Below the pieces are notes generated by a model. The model searched no databases. It was not told the DNA's origin and saw only the letters and a program-made list of their open reading frames with translations. DNA of 64,000 nt from Phoronis australis (taxonomy: Eukaryota; Animalia; Phoronida). Location: the NCBI GenBank assembly GCA_002633005.1, contig NMRA01000033.1:1505130-1569129 (forward strand), given 5' to 3'. The position numbers and the translations under genes were made by a program. Positions 27,501-39,655 of the stretch are shown in pieces (position 1 is the stretch's first letter; every line of letters starts with the position of its first letter).

Positions 27501-30500
27501 GATGCATTGCAAATGGGGAGCTTCTAGGGTTGTTTATTTGAATCTTAAAATGGTCACTAGATGGCGCAAAAACGTCCAATGCATCCGAAAACGGAAACAT
27601 GCCATTGCTTCTTTAACAGAAACTATTTACCAAATTTCATAAAAATCTGTCAAGCTTAAGAGAAACAAAAGAAAATGGAAAAATGAAATTGCCACTAAGG
27701 GGCACAGTGTTTGTTGAATCCACTTAAAGTTGTCATCGTCTGCTGTTAGCTTCATATTATAAATACACTTACTAAATTTAATAAAGATCCGGCAATGGGT
27801 TTAGGAGATACGGGTATGTGCGCAAAACAAAACAAAACTACCACTAGGAGGCGTCACAGTAGTCAAAGTCATCATCATCAACTGTCCTCTTCCAACTGAG
27901 AATAAATACGCCAATTTTCAAAATCATCATTAGAACAGTTTGGTTGATAGAGGATGGACTCAAAAAACAGCAAAAATGGCCACTAGGTGGCACAAAATAC
28001 CTTGATTCCATTTGAAAACAGTAGTATAGCGTCATCTCACAAGTAGATGTCTATATTCCAAATTTTATGAAATTCTGCTAAAGACCTTTGAAGATACAGA
28101 GGTAAATGTAAAAAACTAAAATTGCCACTAGGCGGCACACCGATAGTCAGGTCTGTCTGAAAGTCGTGGTCGTCGTTGCCAACATCAAATAAATACACAT
28201 GGTACATTTAATAAAGATCATGCAAACGGTTTAGGAGATACAGCCATGGGCACAAAAAACTAGGAGGTGCCACAGTAGTCGAAGTCATTGGAAAATCACC
28301 ATGAGCCGTCCTCTTCATAGCACAAACATACCTTCCAATTTTCACAATCATCCTTAGAGCGGTTTGGTTGATAGAGGGGTGGACGCCAAAAACAGACTCG
28401 AAAACAGTAAAAATGGCCACTAGGTGGTGGAAATTACAACGAATCCATCCGAAAACGGGAGGATACCGTCATCTCAATAACAGATGCCTATTCGCCAAAT
28501 TCTATGAAAATCCCTTGAGGACCTTTGAAGATAGAGGTAAGCGTAAAAAAACTAAAATTGCAACTAGGGGGCACACCGGTAGTCGGATCTATCCGAAAAT
28601 ACACTCATGTCATCCTATCCATGAAAGGAACACGTGCAAAATTTCATGAACAGATGTCAAAGGGTTTTGGAGTTAGAGCAACGGACGCTGGACGTACGGA
28701 GATAATGGCATAATGCATAGCAAGTGGAACTCCAATGGCGTAAAAATCAAGTGCTTCATGGATACTGCAGCACTATGGGTAAATATGAGATTGGAGTGTC
28801 GCTTTATTGTCCGGGACGGACCTATTGGAGATTTGTAATAAAATCACAAAACAACACACTATCAATGCTATTTTATAGCTCTAATCAAAGCGAGTACGTT
28901 CAAGAAATCCACCAACAATACCAAAAATGTGATTTTCGACTACAAACCAATTGTGACCCATCAAAGCAATAGGATACCTTTGTTCAGACTTGAGTTCCTA
29001 AATAACTTTTTAAACGTACAGAAAACCCATGCACCAGTATATTCTTAAAACACTTCGCCCATATTTCAGTAACCATGTGACTGCGCTTTTTCTACGAAAT
29101 TTCGCTTTTTCACATAAATCATCATAATTACCACAAGCATTATTTGCACATGAAACTTCAAATTCTGTTTCTTTATTCCACAAATTCTAGCTACAAATAT
29201 AATATGTATCCACGATTTTTGCTCTTGGGCTTGTAGCCCAGGACCTCTGTTGTCAAAAACCAAAACAACAACATTTCTTGAAAAACAGAAGTCTAATAAA
29301 ATCTTGATTTTTGACACCCAAGCTATTGGGTTAAAAGACAGACAAAATTACAAAACAAAATCTGCAAGTTGCGTCTGAAAAGTATTGTGTTTGAGCAAAA
29401 TATGCCAATCTTCAAGAAAATCGTGCTTTAAAAAAAAAAAACAACCAATCATGTGATTATTAACAACTGGACATTGCTTTCATACATATAACATTCTGCC
29501 ATCAAGGATCTTAAAAATATTCCATGGACCTCCTATTAATATTCTAAGCTACTAATACTCTAAGCTATTATTATTTAAGAAATTTGATCTTGCAGGTATG
29601 GCAATGCCTTAATTTAAATAAATTGACTTGACATAGACATCTAGTATAACAGTAAAACATTGAAATGAAGCACAATTTAAAATTCCTCCAGCAAGAATTT
29701 AAAGAGTTCCCACCATGACCCTGTGTCTTAAAAAGGAATTTTATTATTACATCTTAACAGATTTAATAGCCTTTAGTACACCTGTTGCTACGAAACAATC
29801 TAAAAATTTTAAAAATATATTTTTCTGTTATCGAGTTTGTATGCAATGGGTGGAAGACCGCCTCAGCCGTTGTTGTTTTACCAGTGCGATACTGAGGAGT
29901 TGTGAAGAAAGTACGCGTGGAGCTGTCTTTTTCAGACATGAAAAGGTGCGTTTGTGGAAACTGTGGTAACAACAACTTGACTGTGAACGTCTTAGTGTTC
30001 AAATTTCCTAAATACGTGAAAGTTGCACAAAAATGGCATCGGTTTGTCATGGGCGGCGCACCATAGGGGCCTGGGGTAGGGCTATAGCCCCCCACCTTTT
30101 TAGGGCAAAGCCGCCCATGGTCTATAGGCAGTGCAACACAGGAGGGCTGGGGGGGAGAGTTTAGCCCCCACTTTTTTCAGTGCTGCGCCACCCATGATTG
30201 TGCGCCGAACAAGAGTGTGGAGTGTCAGTGTGGAACATGAGATTCAGTTTGGCGTAAGCCACACTTTGATCGGCACATTTCAAAGAATCGTGTTTCGACC
30301 ACACACATAAGCGGCGTTACAATGAAGGACTCACCACCAAGTAAGTGCATTTGCAAATTTTGTAAATAACGAACAAACTGCTTCCATTCTAGGGCGAGTG
30401 ATGCCAGGCCCTGGACCCCGGCCCAGATCGAGTGCTACTACAAGTAGGCTTATGCATATTGTGTTTAGACTGTGCTCATTCCATCACGGCAATAGTGAAT

Positions 30501-33366
30501 ACGAGTAACCCAGGTTGGCTGTGGCCTTTGTCAGTAATTATTAAGTGTCTATTTTGTGAGTAGTGACCACCACTTGGTAGAGTTGATTGTGGCTCACATA
30601 TGTCATTTCTTGTGCAAGTGGGTCAAGTTCATACGGCATGAAACCCGACGAAAGTTCGCCCAATGGGAAATCGAATTCATTGTCTGATTCTTCAAGTACT
30701 TGAGTATAAGTGCCCGTATCCACTCTCCTCTCTGTCTGCATTATAATTGTCCAATTCTCACCTAATATTGTCATTGTCTTCTGACTTGCAGTGTTCCGAC
30801 ATTGCAAATGATTGTCAAGCGGCCAACCGTCTTCCACCCATTGCATCATTTGGCGGGAAACTTAGAAATAAGTAATTTTTCTTCAAAATTAAAAAAGTTG
30901 CCAATATTTGGCATAAAAGGTGCCTATTTAGCAAGATTTTATGGTATTCGATTCATATTAGCTAACTGAAACCTGAAAAAGTAAGAAAATGCATGGTGGG
31001 AACTCTTTAAGTGATTGCCAATTTAAATTATTTTTAGGATTCACAGTCTCTATATTTCTAATCATCCCAAACTGATATGCACACAACATGAGGTTAATCA
31101 ATCTTCCATTAACCAACGTATACAGGTGAGGCGAAAGGATAGGTGGTTGACTAGCACAGATGACAGGGCACTCTGACACCTTCAACAGGAAATTTACAGG
31201 TGAATAAGCCGATCATTCTCACCTGGAAGTTGGTCATTTCCTTTTTCTTCAACAGGTCCGACATGTAATCAATTAGGTGCAGGCCAAACGCGTTCTTGGC
31301 ATTGATTTTCTGTATGAGCAAAACAGTTTTAGAAGCATTTTAATTAATACTATTCTGGTTGGAATAATATTCATAAAGAAGATTGCCTAATTAGGGATAC
31401 GACTGTCACCTCTGCCATAATGAAATGGACCTTTTGAGCCATGAAAAACATGAGTTTTAAAATGTGTGTGACATAACTTCAGGCTCCATCGCTAAGACGT
31501 CTGTCTCATGAAAAGTAACTTTTAAATCTTAAAAGACTTAAGCCAGAAATTTGGTGTTACGTTCCACATAAAAATTTCTGAAAAATAATAAAATATGAAT
31601 TGTGCAAAAGACAAGTCTCATAGAATACCAAGATGTAATTACTAGTTACTGAGACAATTTCTGCAACTTATTTTTGGATTGTGATGCACTCATAATTACT
31701 CAGCTAAACTTTTTTCAGCAATTGTCATGTGGGAACGTAAGACTAAATTTCTGTCATTTTCATGAAACAGATCCCAGCTAACTGTTGAGCCCAAGGTGTA
31801 TTGTCGCTAATACCACAACAGATGATTCAACGGTGTTCCAAAAGTCCTCTACATATTGCACTTTCATAATAGACACAGTTCTTATAAACATAGAAAAATT
31901 GATCATGAAGAGATGGAATAACATCATTACAGGCTTGTAATTAACATGTTCTTATTTTCATGACGTCTTTCAATTCTGTGGTCTAAATTGCTTAACTCAA
32001 GTTTTTTTCAAAACCGGAAACAAAATTGTTAATATTCATGTCAAGTGATGACAACCAATAAATAGCATCCAATAAAATACATAAGACAATAACAATTCTG
32101 AAGCCAAACACTTCCACCATTTTAATTAGGTGCAATTTGTTTGTTGATGAAACATGGTTTTAACTTCATAATGTATACTCAATTTTGTGTGGAATTTCCA
32201 TAACCAACTGTGTTTCAAACAATCTTTCTCAGAAAAATTATTTTTGAACAAAGTTCAGGAATAATTCAAACTTCATCCAGACAACTGAACGGCACATCAT
32301 TTATCATATACTCACATTTTCTGCTGACAACTTGATGCAGTTGGCATAGTGGTCAGTCAACTGGGCACCGGTCAAACCACTTAATGGAGCTGATCGACGC
32401 CTGTAACAAACAGTGAAAGCTTCAACCACAATCAGTGCCCATCATCATAAATGTGGATCTGGCCACAAAAACAATAAGCAAAACAAACTAGATTCACAGT
32501 TGTTGTCAACACATCAACAAGAAATTAATTGCTTTACAGGGGAGTTTCCTCACCATCTAAAATTAAATGATTCCAACTTAAAGCGACAGTAAAGTGGACT
32601 TCATTCTAGTAAGGAAACTTTTGGTTTAGACCACTCATCACTAAAAAATTGGTCTCAGTCTGTTCACTACTTAGACGAGAAAACAAGTGATTTCTGAACT
32701 TATGAAGAACTGATAGTTCATTTATTATTAAGAATATGCGGTGACAAGTTGACCAGGGCTTGGCCTTGACCAAAAGTAAAGTGCCCGTTCTTTTGAAACC
32801 TTGAAATCACCTGCAAAATTGAATAAGGAACAATTTGGGACCAATTTCGTTATGTTAAGTGGTCCAAATCAAGAGTTTTTTTCTGATGGAGGGAAGGCTG
32901 ATTGCTGCTTTAACAAAAAAGAGTGCAGGTGGCCTGATGCCTTTTGCAGTACTCAGGCCCAAGGCCGTTCCCCATAACACTAACTGCTTTAACAAAAGAC
33001 ACATTATAAGTAAAAAGCCTGAGTGAAAATTATGAAATTGGAAAAATATTTGAAAAAATATTGATGGTTCATAACAATGAAACAAGAAAAAAGAACAACA
33101 CTACGTGACCCGTTATGTTCCGCACTGTACCTGTCTGAAGGGGTTCCAGGACTTGACAAGTGGCGGCGCTGAAGCTCAACAACCTTTGACCTGCGCCTGG
33201 CTCGCTTCTCGGCTTCGTCATCATTCTCCGATGCGTTCACCAGAAGGGACGACTGATTAGAATTACTGGTCAAACCAACATGTCGTCGGGTGGACGGAGA
33301 GATGTAGTCTTGAGGAGTCCTCGGTGTGACTGAACGCGCTGCTGGGGAAGCTAGTGGTGTCCTCAT
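15529..33366 (-). CDS. NCAPH: Condensin complex subunit 2 (CAP-H/barren/Cnd2 kleisin), 718 aa. Coding exons: 33366-33131, 32400-32316, 31309-31223, 26842-26728, 26291-26224, 25606-25342, 24615-24527, 23674-23518, 22426-22351, 21857-21730, 21163-20931, 20314-20213, 19829-19653, 19225-19118, 17523-17356, 15591-15529
   Basis: All 15 introns are GT-AG with matching phases, giving a 2157-nt ORF. Hallmark Cnd2 motifs: [124 protein letters not shown]. Confidence 0.96.
17732..18300. mobile_element. MITE (PIF/Harbinger-like GGG termini) in an NCAPH intron, flanked by an 82-bp direct duplication
   Basis: About 40-bp TIR gggctgttccagtaaaatctgtatgggaggggggaaggca / tgccttccccccctcccacacagattttgctggaacagccc; 17651-17732 is identical to 18301-18382. 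Confidence 0.8.
18881..19110 (-). repeat. Degenerate tandem copies of the NCAPH exon 3' end plus splice donor (partly in an N-gap)
   Basis: ctcaccttatc..ctc.tcatcac...tcaggtagttcc and ccccacccca recur at 18883, 18936 and 19113. Confidence 0.75.
19259..19315. repeat. (CAGA/CAGG/CAAA)n tetranucleotide microsatellite
   Basis: acagacaggcaaacaaacagacagacaagcaggcaggcagacagacagaa. Confidence 0.8.
22773..22846 (+). pseudogene. tRNA-derived sequence (SINE head or tRNA pseudogene)
   Basis: A-box TGGCTGAGCGG and B-box GGTTCAATTCC at tRNA-like spacing; acceptor and T stems do not pair properly. Confidence 0.55.
27466..28715 (+). mobile_element. Helentron/HINE-like non-autonomous element with internal ~430-bp tandem repeats
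   Basis: Starts with aacaagagc. About three units are marked by aaaatgg(t/c)cactag(a/g)tgg at ~27547, 27974, 28410 and aaattgc(c/a)acta.g at ~27686, 28119, 28555. Ends with a ggacg-rich microsatellite-like tail. Family assignment is inferred from architecture. Confidence 0.6.
29703..31006. mobile_element. Kolobok-type DNA transposon deletion derivative with degenerate THAP domain
   Basis: TTAA on both sides (29699-29702, 31007-31010). 15-bp TIR AGAGTTCCCACCATG / CATGGTGGGAACTCT and subterminal IR atgcaatgggtggaagac. The + strand from 29938 reads MKRCVCGNCGNNNLTVNVLVFKFPK..VAQKWHRFV|RRTRVW..SAHFKESCFD (THAP-like). TTAA TSD with RR..YY termini and THAP is the Kolobok signature. Confidence 0.8.
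30048..30196. mobile_element. Short MITE nested in the THAP remnant; family also at 60983-61130
   Basis: TIR catgggcggcgca / tgcgccacccatg; imperfect 5-bp TSD tttgt/attgt; removing it restores the THAP frame. Confidence 0.75.
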
Positions 33367-35105
33367 GACTACAATTGTCATTAAGTGAGTCAAAGAAATG
33401 TCTATATGCCTGGGGCACGTTCCAAGAAAACTGACTTAGCTAAGACAAATCTTAAATTGAAGTCAATTTTAAGATAAAACTTTAATTTGTCTTAAGTCCA
33501 TAGCAAGAGAGTGATCTTAGGTTTGACCACAGTTTTTGACTTAAGTTTTGTCTTAAGTTCGAGTAACTTATTGGATGTGAAAGTTTCAAAGTTTGGAAGA
33601 TGATACAAATGTTAGACTTACGTAAAAAATGAACTGAAATCAGTTCCATGGAGTATGAATTGATTCAGACTACTGCCATTTAAAAAACTTGGGGTTCAAA
33701 TATGTACAATCATAGTGTTGTGGGCAGCATTGTAGCCACAATGACAGTCTAGTGGGGGCTTCCTGTTAAACTTGTTGCCAGGTCCTATGACCGACTAACC
33801 TTGAGGCAATATATACAGTTTTGGAACAATCTAGGTAAAAAATAACCAATGCACATTTTCACACAAAATCTTCAAAAACGACACTCTTCCTTGATCAAAT
33901 AAATTTGATAACTTTTTCAGAAAGAATGTCACCAGTCCGTTATTCTGCAGTTAAGTTTGTTGAGCCATCATGCACATATGTGAATGTTAAGTGCCATGAA
34001 ATTAATAAGTACTCTCTGTTTGCCAATCTCTGGTTTCGCTAATTCTTCAATCCACAGTTCCTTTTTTCCCTGATTATGCACATTTCAAAACAAATTACCA
34101 GAAGTAGTTGCACTTTTTTGAACTTGTTTTAAGTACTTTACTATCAGCCATCTGAAATTCTGAGGAAAGTTTGCTTTGGCAAAGTTTTCATTTTCCAAAA
34201 GAAGCCATTTTACCGAAACAAAAGTTGAGCAAACGACATCAGCATATGACTGTTTTGAAATCGGCCAGTATGGACATTACTTGTTACATGTACACAACTT
34301 TGTGGAGGAAGAACATTTGATTGAAGAATCGGCGAAAAAATAAACTAGCCAATAGGTGACGCTATATGCATAAGACTGCTCCACAACTTTAGCAGCATCA
34401 TAACAGTAGAACGCAAAACACCAGTAGACAATTTAGTTTATGTACTTAAGGAAGAGTGTAGTGTTAAATGACAATAATTTTGTGTCAGATTTTAGTTGCC
34501 CAGTTTCTTACCCACATCGGCACAAACTGTATATTTAGTATTATATACGGCTTTGCACAAAGGCTAGTGACCTCCAAGCCAACCAGCTGTATGAAGACTA
34601 TCATCACAATACAGCTAGGAACCACTATCTGTTAAACTCCGATAGACCTCGAAATTTCACACAGTCCAGCCCAGGTAGTTCTGCTTGTCGCTTGGCCATG
34701 AAACTAATAGGTGTAGTGCTAACGACTGGCGGGGTACATGTAAAATGTGGGAGCCAACCAACACTTACACCTAGCCCGTTGCAGCCATTTAAGCGAAAAA
34801 CAATCTTGATAAATGTGATTTTCTTGTAAAATTCTCTATATATTTAGTTTAAAGCTTAGACATCTCACAATCAAACTTTTTGATCAGTTGCCCAATATAT
34901 AGTATATCAATTCAAAGGCTACACAAGGTGTCCCTCTATCTATGCGTAAAACTAAAGACTACTTATATGAACATGACTTTAATGGTTTAATCAGAATGAG
35001 GCATAATTTGCCGAAAAGCTTCCGGCGTATGGAGGGATAGCCACTAGTCACTACTACCCTTGACTGAGTCTGAGTCTTAGTGCCAGTGTGACGATTACTC
35101 CGTAG

Positions 35106-36960
35106 TAGTATCGTCCGGTTACCTATTTTCGTCAGGCTCCAAAGTTCGTCCGCCATCTTGTTTCGCGTGCAGCGCAACCACGCGGGACTTAGCGTTCCAA
35201 TTTGGAGTTCTCGTCTGCACGTTAGGTACTAACTTATCGGNTAGCGAGGACAGCATTCTTCAGCGAATCGCGTCGCGTATCTGTCACCGTGTTAAATTCG
35301 CTCACTACAATCGGCAAAAAATAACTCAAAAATGTAATAAATGTGAATAAAAATTATTGCAAAGTATGAAAGAATATATTGTTTTACTTATCTGATAATC
35401 TTTTTTGTCGCAAAATTCGTTTAATAATACTTTGCACGAGTTTTTTGCAGGAACGTGACCGGTTTTTCAGACCAAAATGGATGCCGGTAAAAATGACTGC
35501 TATTTGGTTTTCAACCCAGGAGAAGACTAAACTCGCGAATTTTTACGTGAAACTTCGTGAAAGAACAAAAGGGAGTCTTGCAAACACGATTATGTAAGTA
35601 GTTTTCACTTTCCTGCACTTAAAAGTTGAGAAAGTCGCCTTTTCCCGCGACCTTCAACTTCGAGCTGAATTTATTGGTATATAGCATAATTTGCGATGAT
35701 AATAATGAACTGTATTCTGCACTAAAGGGTTCATTAATGAACTATTTCAAACACTTGTTCTAAACGAACATTTCGTCAATTTCTGACAATCGGGCGACTT
35801 TCTGACTCACTTCGTAGTTCCGGGTACTGCCGCTAGGGGTAGTCCTGTGAATCGCGTTGAATGTTTGGTTTACAATACTGAAGCACTTCAACTTTTCCTG
35901 ATGAAAACTCAATGTAAAAGAGAACTAAACAGTCATTTCTCGTAGTGAGAACAATGATTCTTATATTTAAGTTTTTTTTTCTATTTTGCTTCACATTTTT
36001 GTTGGTCAAGCCACTGATAGACTTGGGTTGGCTTGCTGCCAGAGAGGTCCACACCCATCTTGCCTTGTTGGTTATGACATTTTATTCAGAATATGTCAAG
36101 ATAGAAAATGAAAATGTTTTAATTTTAGATTAAACATTACAAATGTACAGTTCTACTGCAGTCCTGTGTTTCTAAGACTTTGTGGTCCACTACTTAAACA
36201 TATACATGCTTTCGATAAACTTTTTTTCTGACGACCACGGGCCAGTATAAATATTTTTTAACAGAACAATTGAGGTTTGCCTAGACTGTTCATAAATCTC
36301 ACCCTGATCTTATCTTTATCCTCCAGGTAAGCTTTGTTGGAATTTGCTGTGGACCAAACCAGTTGTTATTTTCTTCATTATTTTTGTTCTTATAATTTCA
36401 CCCCTATTTATCAGTTTCTATCATCATCATGTCTCACATTTCTTTCTCAACAGACTCTGCTTCTAGCTCTTGGTCCAGATCCTTCTACTTCCCTGCTTCT
36501 ACTGATTCTACTTGCATTTTATCAGTTATTCAGTTGGACATGATCTCAAAGCCTCATTCATTTTGGCTCTTCCCTCCACCTATCGGACGGTGCTTTTCAG
36601 CTCTTGATGCTGTTGAGGAGTCTGCGAAGAAGTACCATATGCCAACAACACCTCTTAAGANTGGATCATGTTTTGTGTCCCGTCGGAAGAAAATTTAAAT
36701 TCGAAAACATCTTCTGAAAACGCACAAAAAAGTGTATTAGTAAAATCTACTGATTTTTAAGTGGTTTTAAAAAACAATCGGTAAACTCACCGATTTTTGT
36801 CTCATTACTTTGATACGTGTCTCTTCCGATAAGTTAGTACCTAACGTGCAGACGAGAACTCCAAATTGGAACGCTAAGTCCCGCGTGGTTGCGCTGCACG
36901 CGAAACAAAATGGCGGACGAACTTTGGAGCCTGACGAAAATAGGTAACCGGACGATACTA
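35106..36960. mobile_element. Non-autonomous Academ-like DNA transposon in putative NCAPH intron 1
   Basis: 135-bp TIRs (35106-35240, 36826-36960) with one mismatch, TAG...CTA termini, 4-bp TSD GTAG (35102-35105, 36961-36964). No transposase ORF inside. Confidence 0.8.
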
Positions 36961-37095
36961 GTAGACTATTCGTCAACAATGATTCACATTCACAGGCCAT
37001 CTTTACCAGGTTTACAAACAACTACCAGTGTGATCCGTGCTGTTTAGAAACTTGTAACAAGTGTTTCGACATTAAAGGCAACATGTTATACTTAC

Positions 37096-37215
37096 TGACT
37101 GGTGTTTTGAACCAAATCCTATTTCCAGATTTGTTGTCAAAGATTCACTTCAAAACCCCCGCTTTCCGTTTACAATGCGCGCGCAATTTCCTCTTCTTCA
37201 ACATCCGGGAAATAG
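37096..37215 (-). promoter_or_regulatory. Putative NCAPH promoter and non-coding exon 1 with CDE/CHR and E2F-like sites
   Basis: The minus strand reads AGCGG-GGGT-TTTGAA (CHR at 37149-37154), with TTTCCCGG and AATTGCGCGC upstream and a GTAAGT donor at 37095-37090. It would splice to the acceptor ttgtag|TCATG at 33368. Confidence 0.55.
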
Positions 37216-37689
37216 TTAGGCGAATGTAAGTGGCGATAACAGACCCGTCAGAAAAGTGGTATACAAACACGAGCTACGCATGCGCGCACCCAGCCTTCAA
37301 TTAAGTTGGGGGGTCGTGGGCCTTATCCTAACAAAACAGCGGGCAGAATAAAAAAACGGGAGTAGTGGTCTTTTGTCCAGTTACTTCGGACTTTTTGTAG
37401 CTCGGAGGCGGACCTTTTTTACCTTTCTAGTCGCCATGAAATCGGGGGGGCTCGAATGCTGCGTGGTAGTTTACAAACGGTTGGCACAGAGGTAGATGCG
37501 GGTCATATAGTGCATTCTCTGGTAATAGTCGGAAATGTGGATCTCTGACGGCGGAGTAACTGAACTAGACCTATCTAATAATGAGAATTGTCACGATTCA
37601 CATCTGAATACAAATTCTTTGTACTGAGAAGACCTCCCAATCGGCACTGCCTCAGAGTCTATGGCATCATGAGATTAAGTGTGGGATCC

Positions 37690-38330
37690 AGCAGAGCGAC
37701 TCGGTTTACGGCACACACCTCTGAGCTGTGCCTTTTTTTACTGTCGGAAACGACACTGCAATCATGACTCGCTTGTGACAAGGCGGTAAAAGACCGGGTG
37801 TGCGTTTGGGGCGGACCCGGTAGTGGTCATACCTAAGAAAAACGACTCGGATGAGATTCGTTTGTGTTTGGACATGAGGCGCGCAAATGAGGGAGTTTGG
37901 CATGAACACGCAGGTATTCATAGGAATACTATTGTTTGAAAAGGGCATCGGACCCTGACTGAAGCCATTCGGAATGCGAGGGAGCCGCAAAACGCGACAG
38001 TGAGGTAAGATCTTTTCTTGGTCCTAATTTCTCGCCACTCGGTTTATCATAAACGAGATTTTGCACTACCTCCGAACCATGATTAAGACGACTGACAACA
38101 AGGGGACTGTTTTTAAATTTGGCCGTGAGCAGAAAAAGTCAAAGTTGAGACAGTCTGACGAGCGAGAGTACACTTGCTTATTACAACATGGATGCACCGA
38201 CATCGCTGATGTAGTAGTCGATCCTGTTGCAAGAACAACGAGGCGTTAAAGTTCCCGTTTGCTACGCTATAGTCGAACACTGTCTCAGGCTGATTGTGAG
38301 TGCCGATGCAGGTCAGGAAAGCCGACCGAA
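37690..38330 (+). mobile_element. Degenerate Ty3/Gypsy pol remnant (copy 1)
   Basis: Frameshifted equivalent of 40947-41620 (VVIPKKND..IRLCLDMRRANE). Confidence 0.7.
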
Positions 38331-38828
38331 ACTGGAAGATTCGAAAATTGTCGGAATTTCCAAGCTGTAGCTGGAGAACTGTGTATTGTCTGAAAAGTAA
38401 TTTTGAGGGGTACCTGAACTTTGATCCCACACAGCCAAGAAACCTCCTAGGGAGAAACCACCGGAATTGTAAGAAATATGAATTTGTCCTAGGTCACCGT
38501 GCCACTGGCCAGCATTACTTTTTCTGAGTAAATAACGATTTTTAACACGATTTGCATTACTTGCCTTGTAAAATTTGCAAGTTGTCTCATCACTGATTTT
38601 AGAAGAACAAGTAATGAAATTCATAAAATCATAGGTCGAAAGTCATAAAACCACATATCGATCATAAATCCGCCTTACATAACAAATATATGCATACTTC
38701 TTGCCGTTATGGAATTGATATCTTGGTGAAGCTTATTACAGGCCCTTAGAAAGAACTGACAACGGTTCGTTGTTGCTCGAGACTGACCAGTCTCTACAAG
38801 TTGACTTGTCACGGTGTGTCATTTCAAN

Positions 38829-39244
38829 CGGGGGTTTTTAAACAACACAAGATAGTGCGCGTTTAGACTAATGGTGCGCATCTCTTTGTTTTTAGAGAAC
38901 AAGTTTTGAACTATCAAAATAACGGACACGTTTCTATGATGACTGCCTTTAGTAAATAAGTTTGTCACGCTTCCATCCATTTCACTCATCATGTCGTCGA
39001 TCACCACGAGATGTCGCTTGCGTCTATCGAAACTGGAAAGTTCGGGCAACCCTTCGACAAAGTGGACGTGGGTCAAATTAGCAAATACATCTTGATATTC
39101 GCCGAAACAATACGTCACAGTGTCCGGGGGAGGATGAATCATCGTAGTGGCGTTTTGTAAAAGTCGCATGGTCCATTGAGTTTTTCCACTCGACGTTGGA
39201 CCACTGACAATCATTGTGAACGGGTGAGCGAGTCTCACGTCCAT
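38829..39244 (-). CDS. Polinton/Maverick/adintovirus FtsK-HerA (A32-like) DNA-packaging ATPase, 3'-truncated at an ambiguous base
   Basis: HPFTMIVSGPTSSGKT (Walker A), LVVIDDMM (Walker B) and NLFTKGSHHRNVSVILIVQNLF..K..RTISLNAHYLVLFKNP, the characteristic Polinton ATPase motif string; intronless. Confidence 0.9.
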
Positions 39245-39655
39245 GCTGCGCTGTATCTCGTGACAGACTGAACGACAGGAGTTACTTACATTAATTTTGT
39301 ACGGGTTACAAGAACAACAATGGAAACGATTTCAACAATTGATTTATTTTATCGTTATCAAATCTTGACTAACACAGTATTCAGATCAGTGCAACATTAA
39401 TCAGATATTTAAATTTAGTGTCTCTGTTGCGCTATGTTACCGCCTCCGTCTATATCGTTTGCTGGGTCACTTCGGTTCAAAAGAGTTTTTGGCCGTCTGT
39501 CATTTCAAAAGAGTTCTTGGCTGTCGGTAGCGTTGTCGGTCCAATTCCGTATTTCAAACGCGCATTTGTTCTCTGCTCCTTGCGCTGGGTTCAAAACCGG
39601 TAGGTTTGGAGGAGCGGTCGTTTTACGTTTCTTGTTAGGCACACTGGTTTTTTCT

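Larger units (their letters stand above)
37021..38827. repeat. Copy 1 of a ~1.8-kb direct duplication (copy 2 at 40261-42130)
   Basis: Both copies start actaccagtgtgatccgtgc and run to cacggtgtgtcatttcaa; very similar, with many small indels. Confidence 0.92.

Noticed and set aside
27545-28710. CRISPR-like repeat-spacer array
   Set aside because: Units are long diverged tandem repeats without unique spacers; eukaryotic context and no cas genes.
34959-35177. MADELWSLTKIG as the first coding exon of NCAPH
   Set aside because: Lies within a transposon TIR that is mirrored at 36826-36960, and it does not resemble CAP-H.
37277-37290. NRF1-like GCATGCGCGC site in the NCAPH promoter
   Set aside because: Part of a dispersed repeat also found at ~47261, ~52561 and ~55141, so it is not specific evidence of a promoter.
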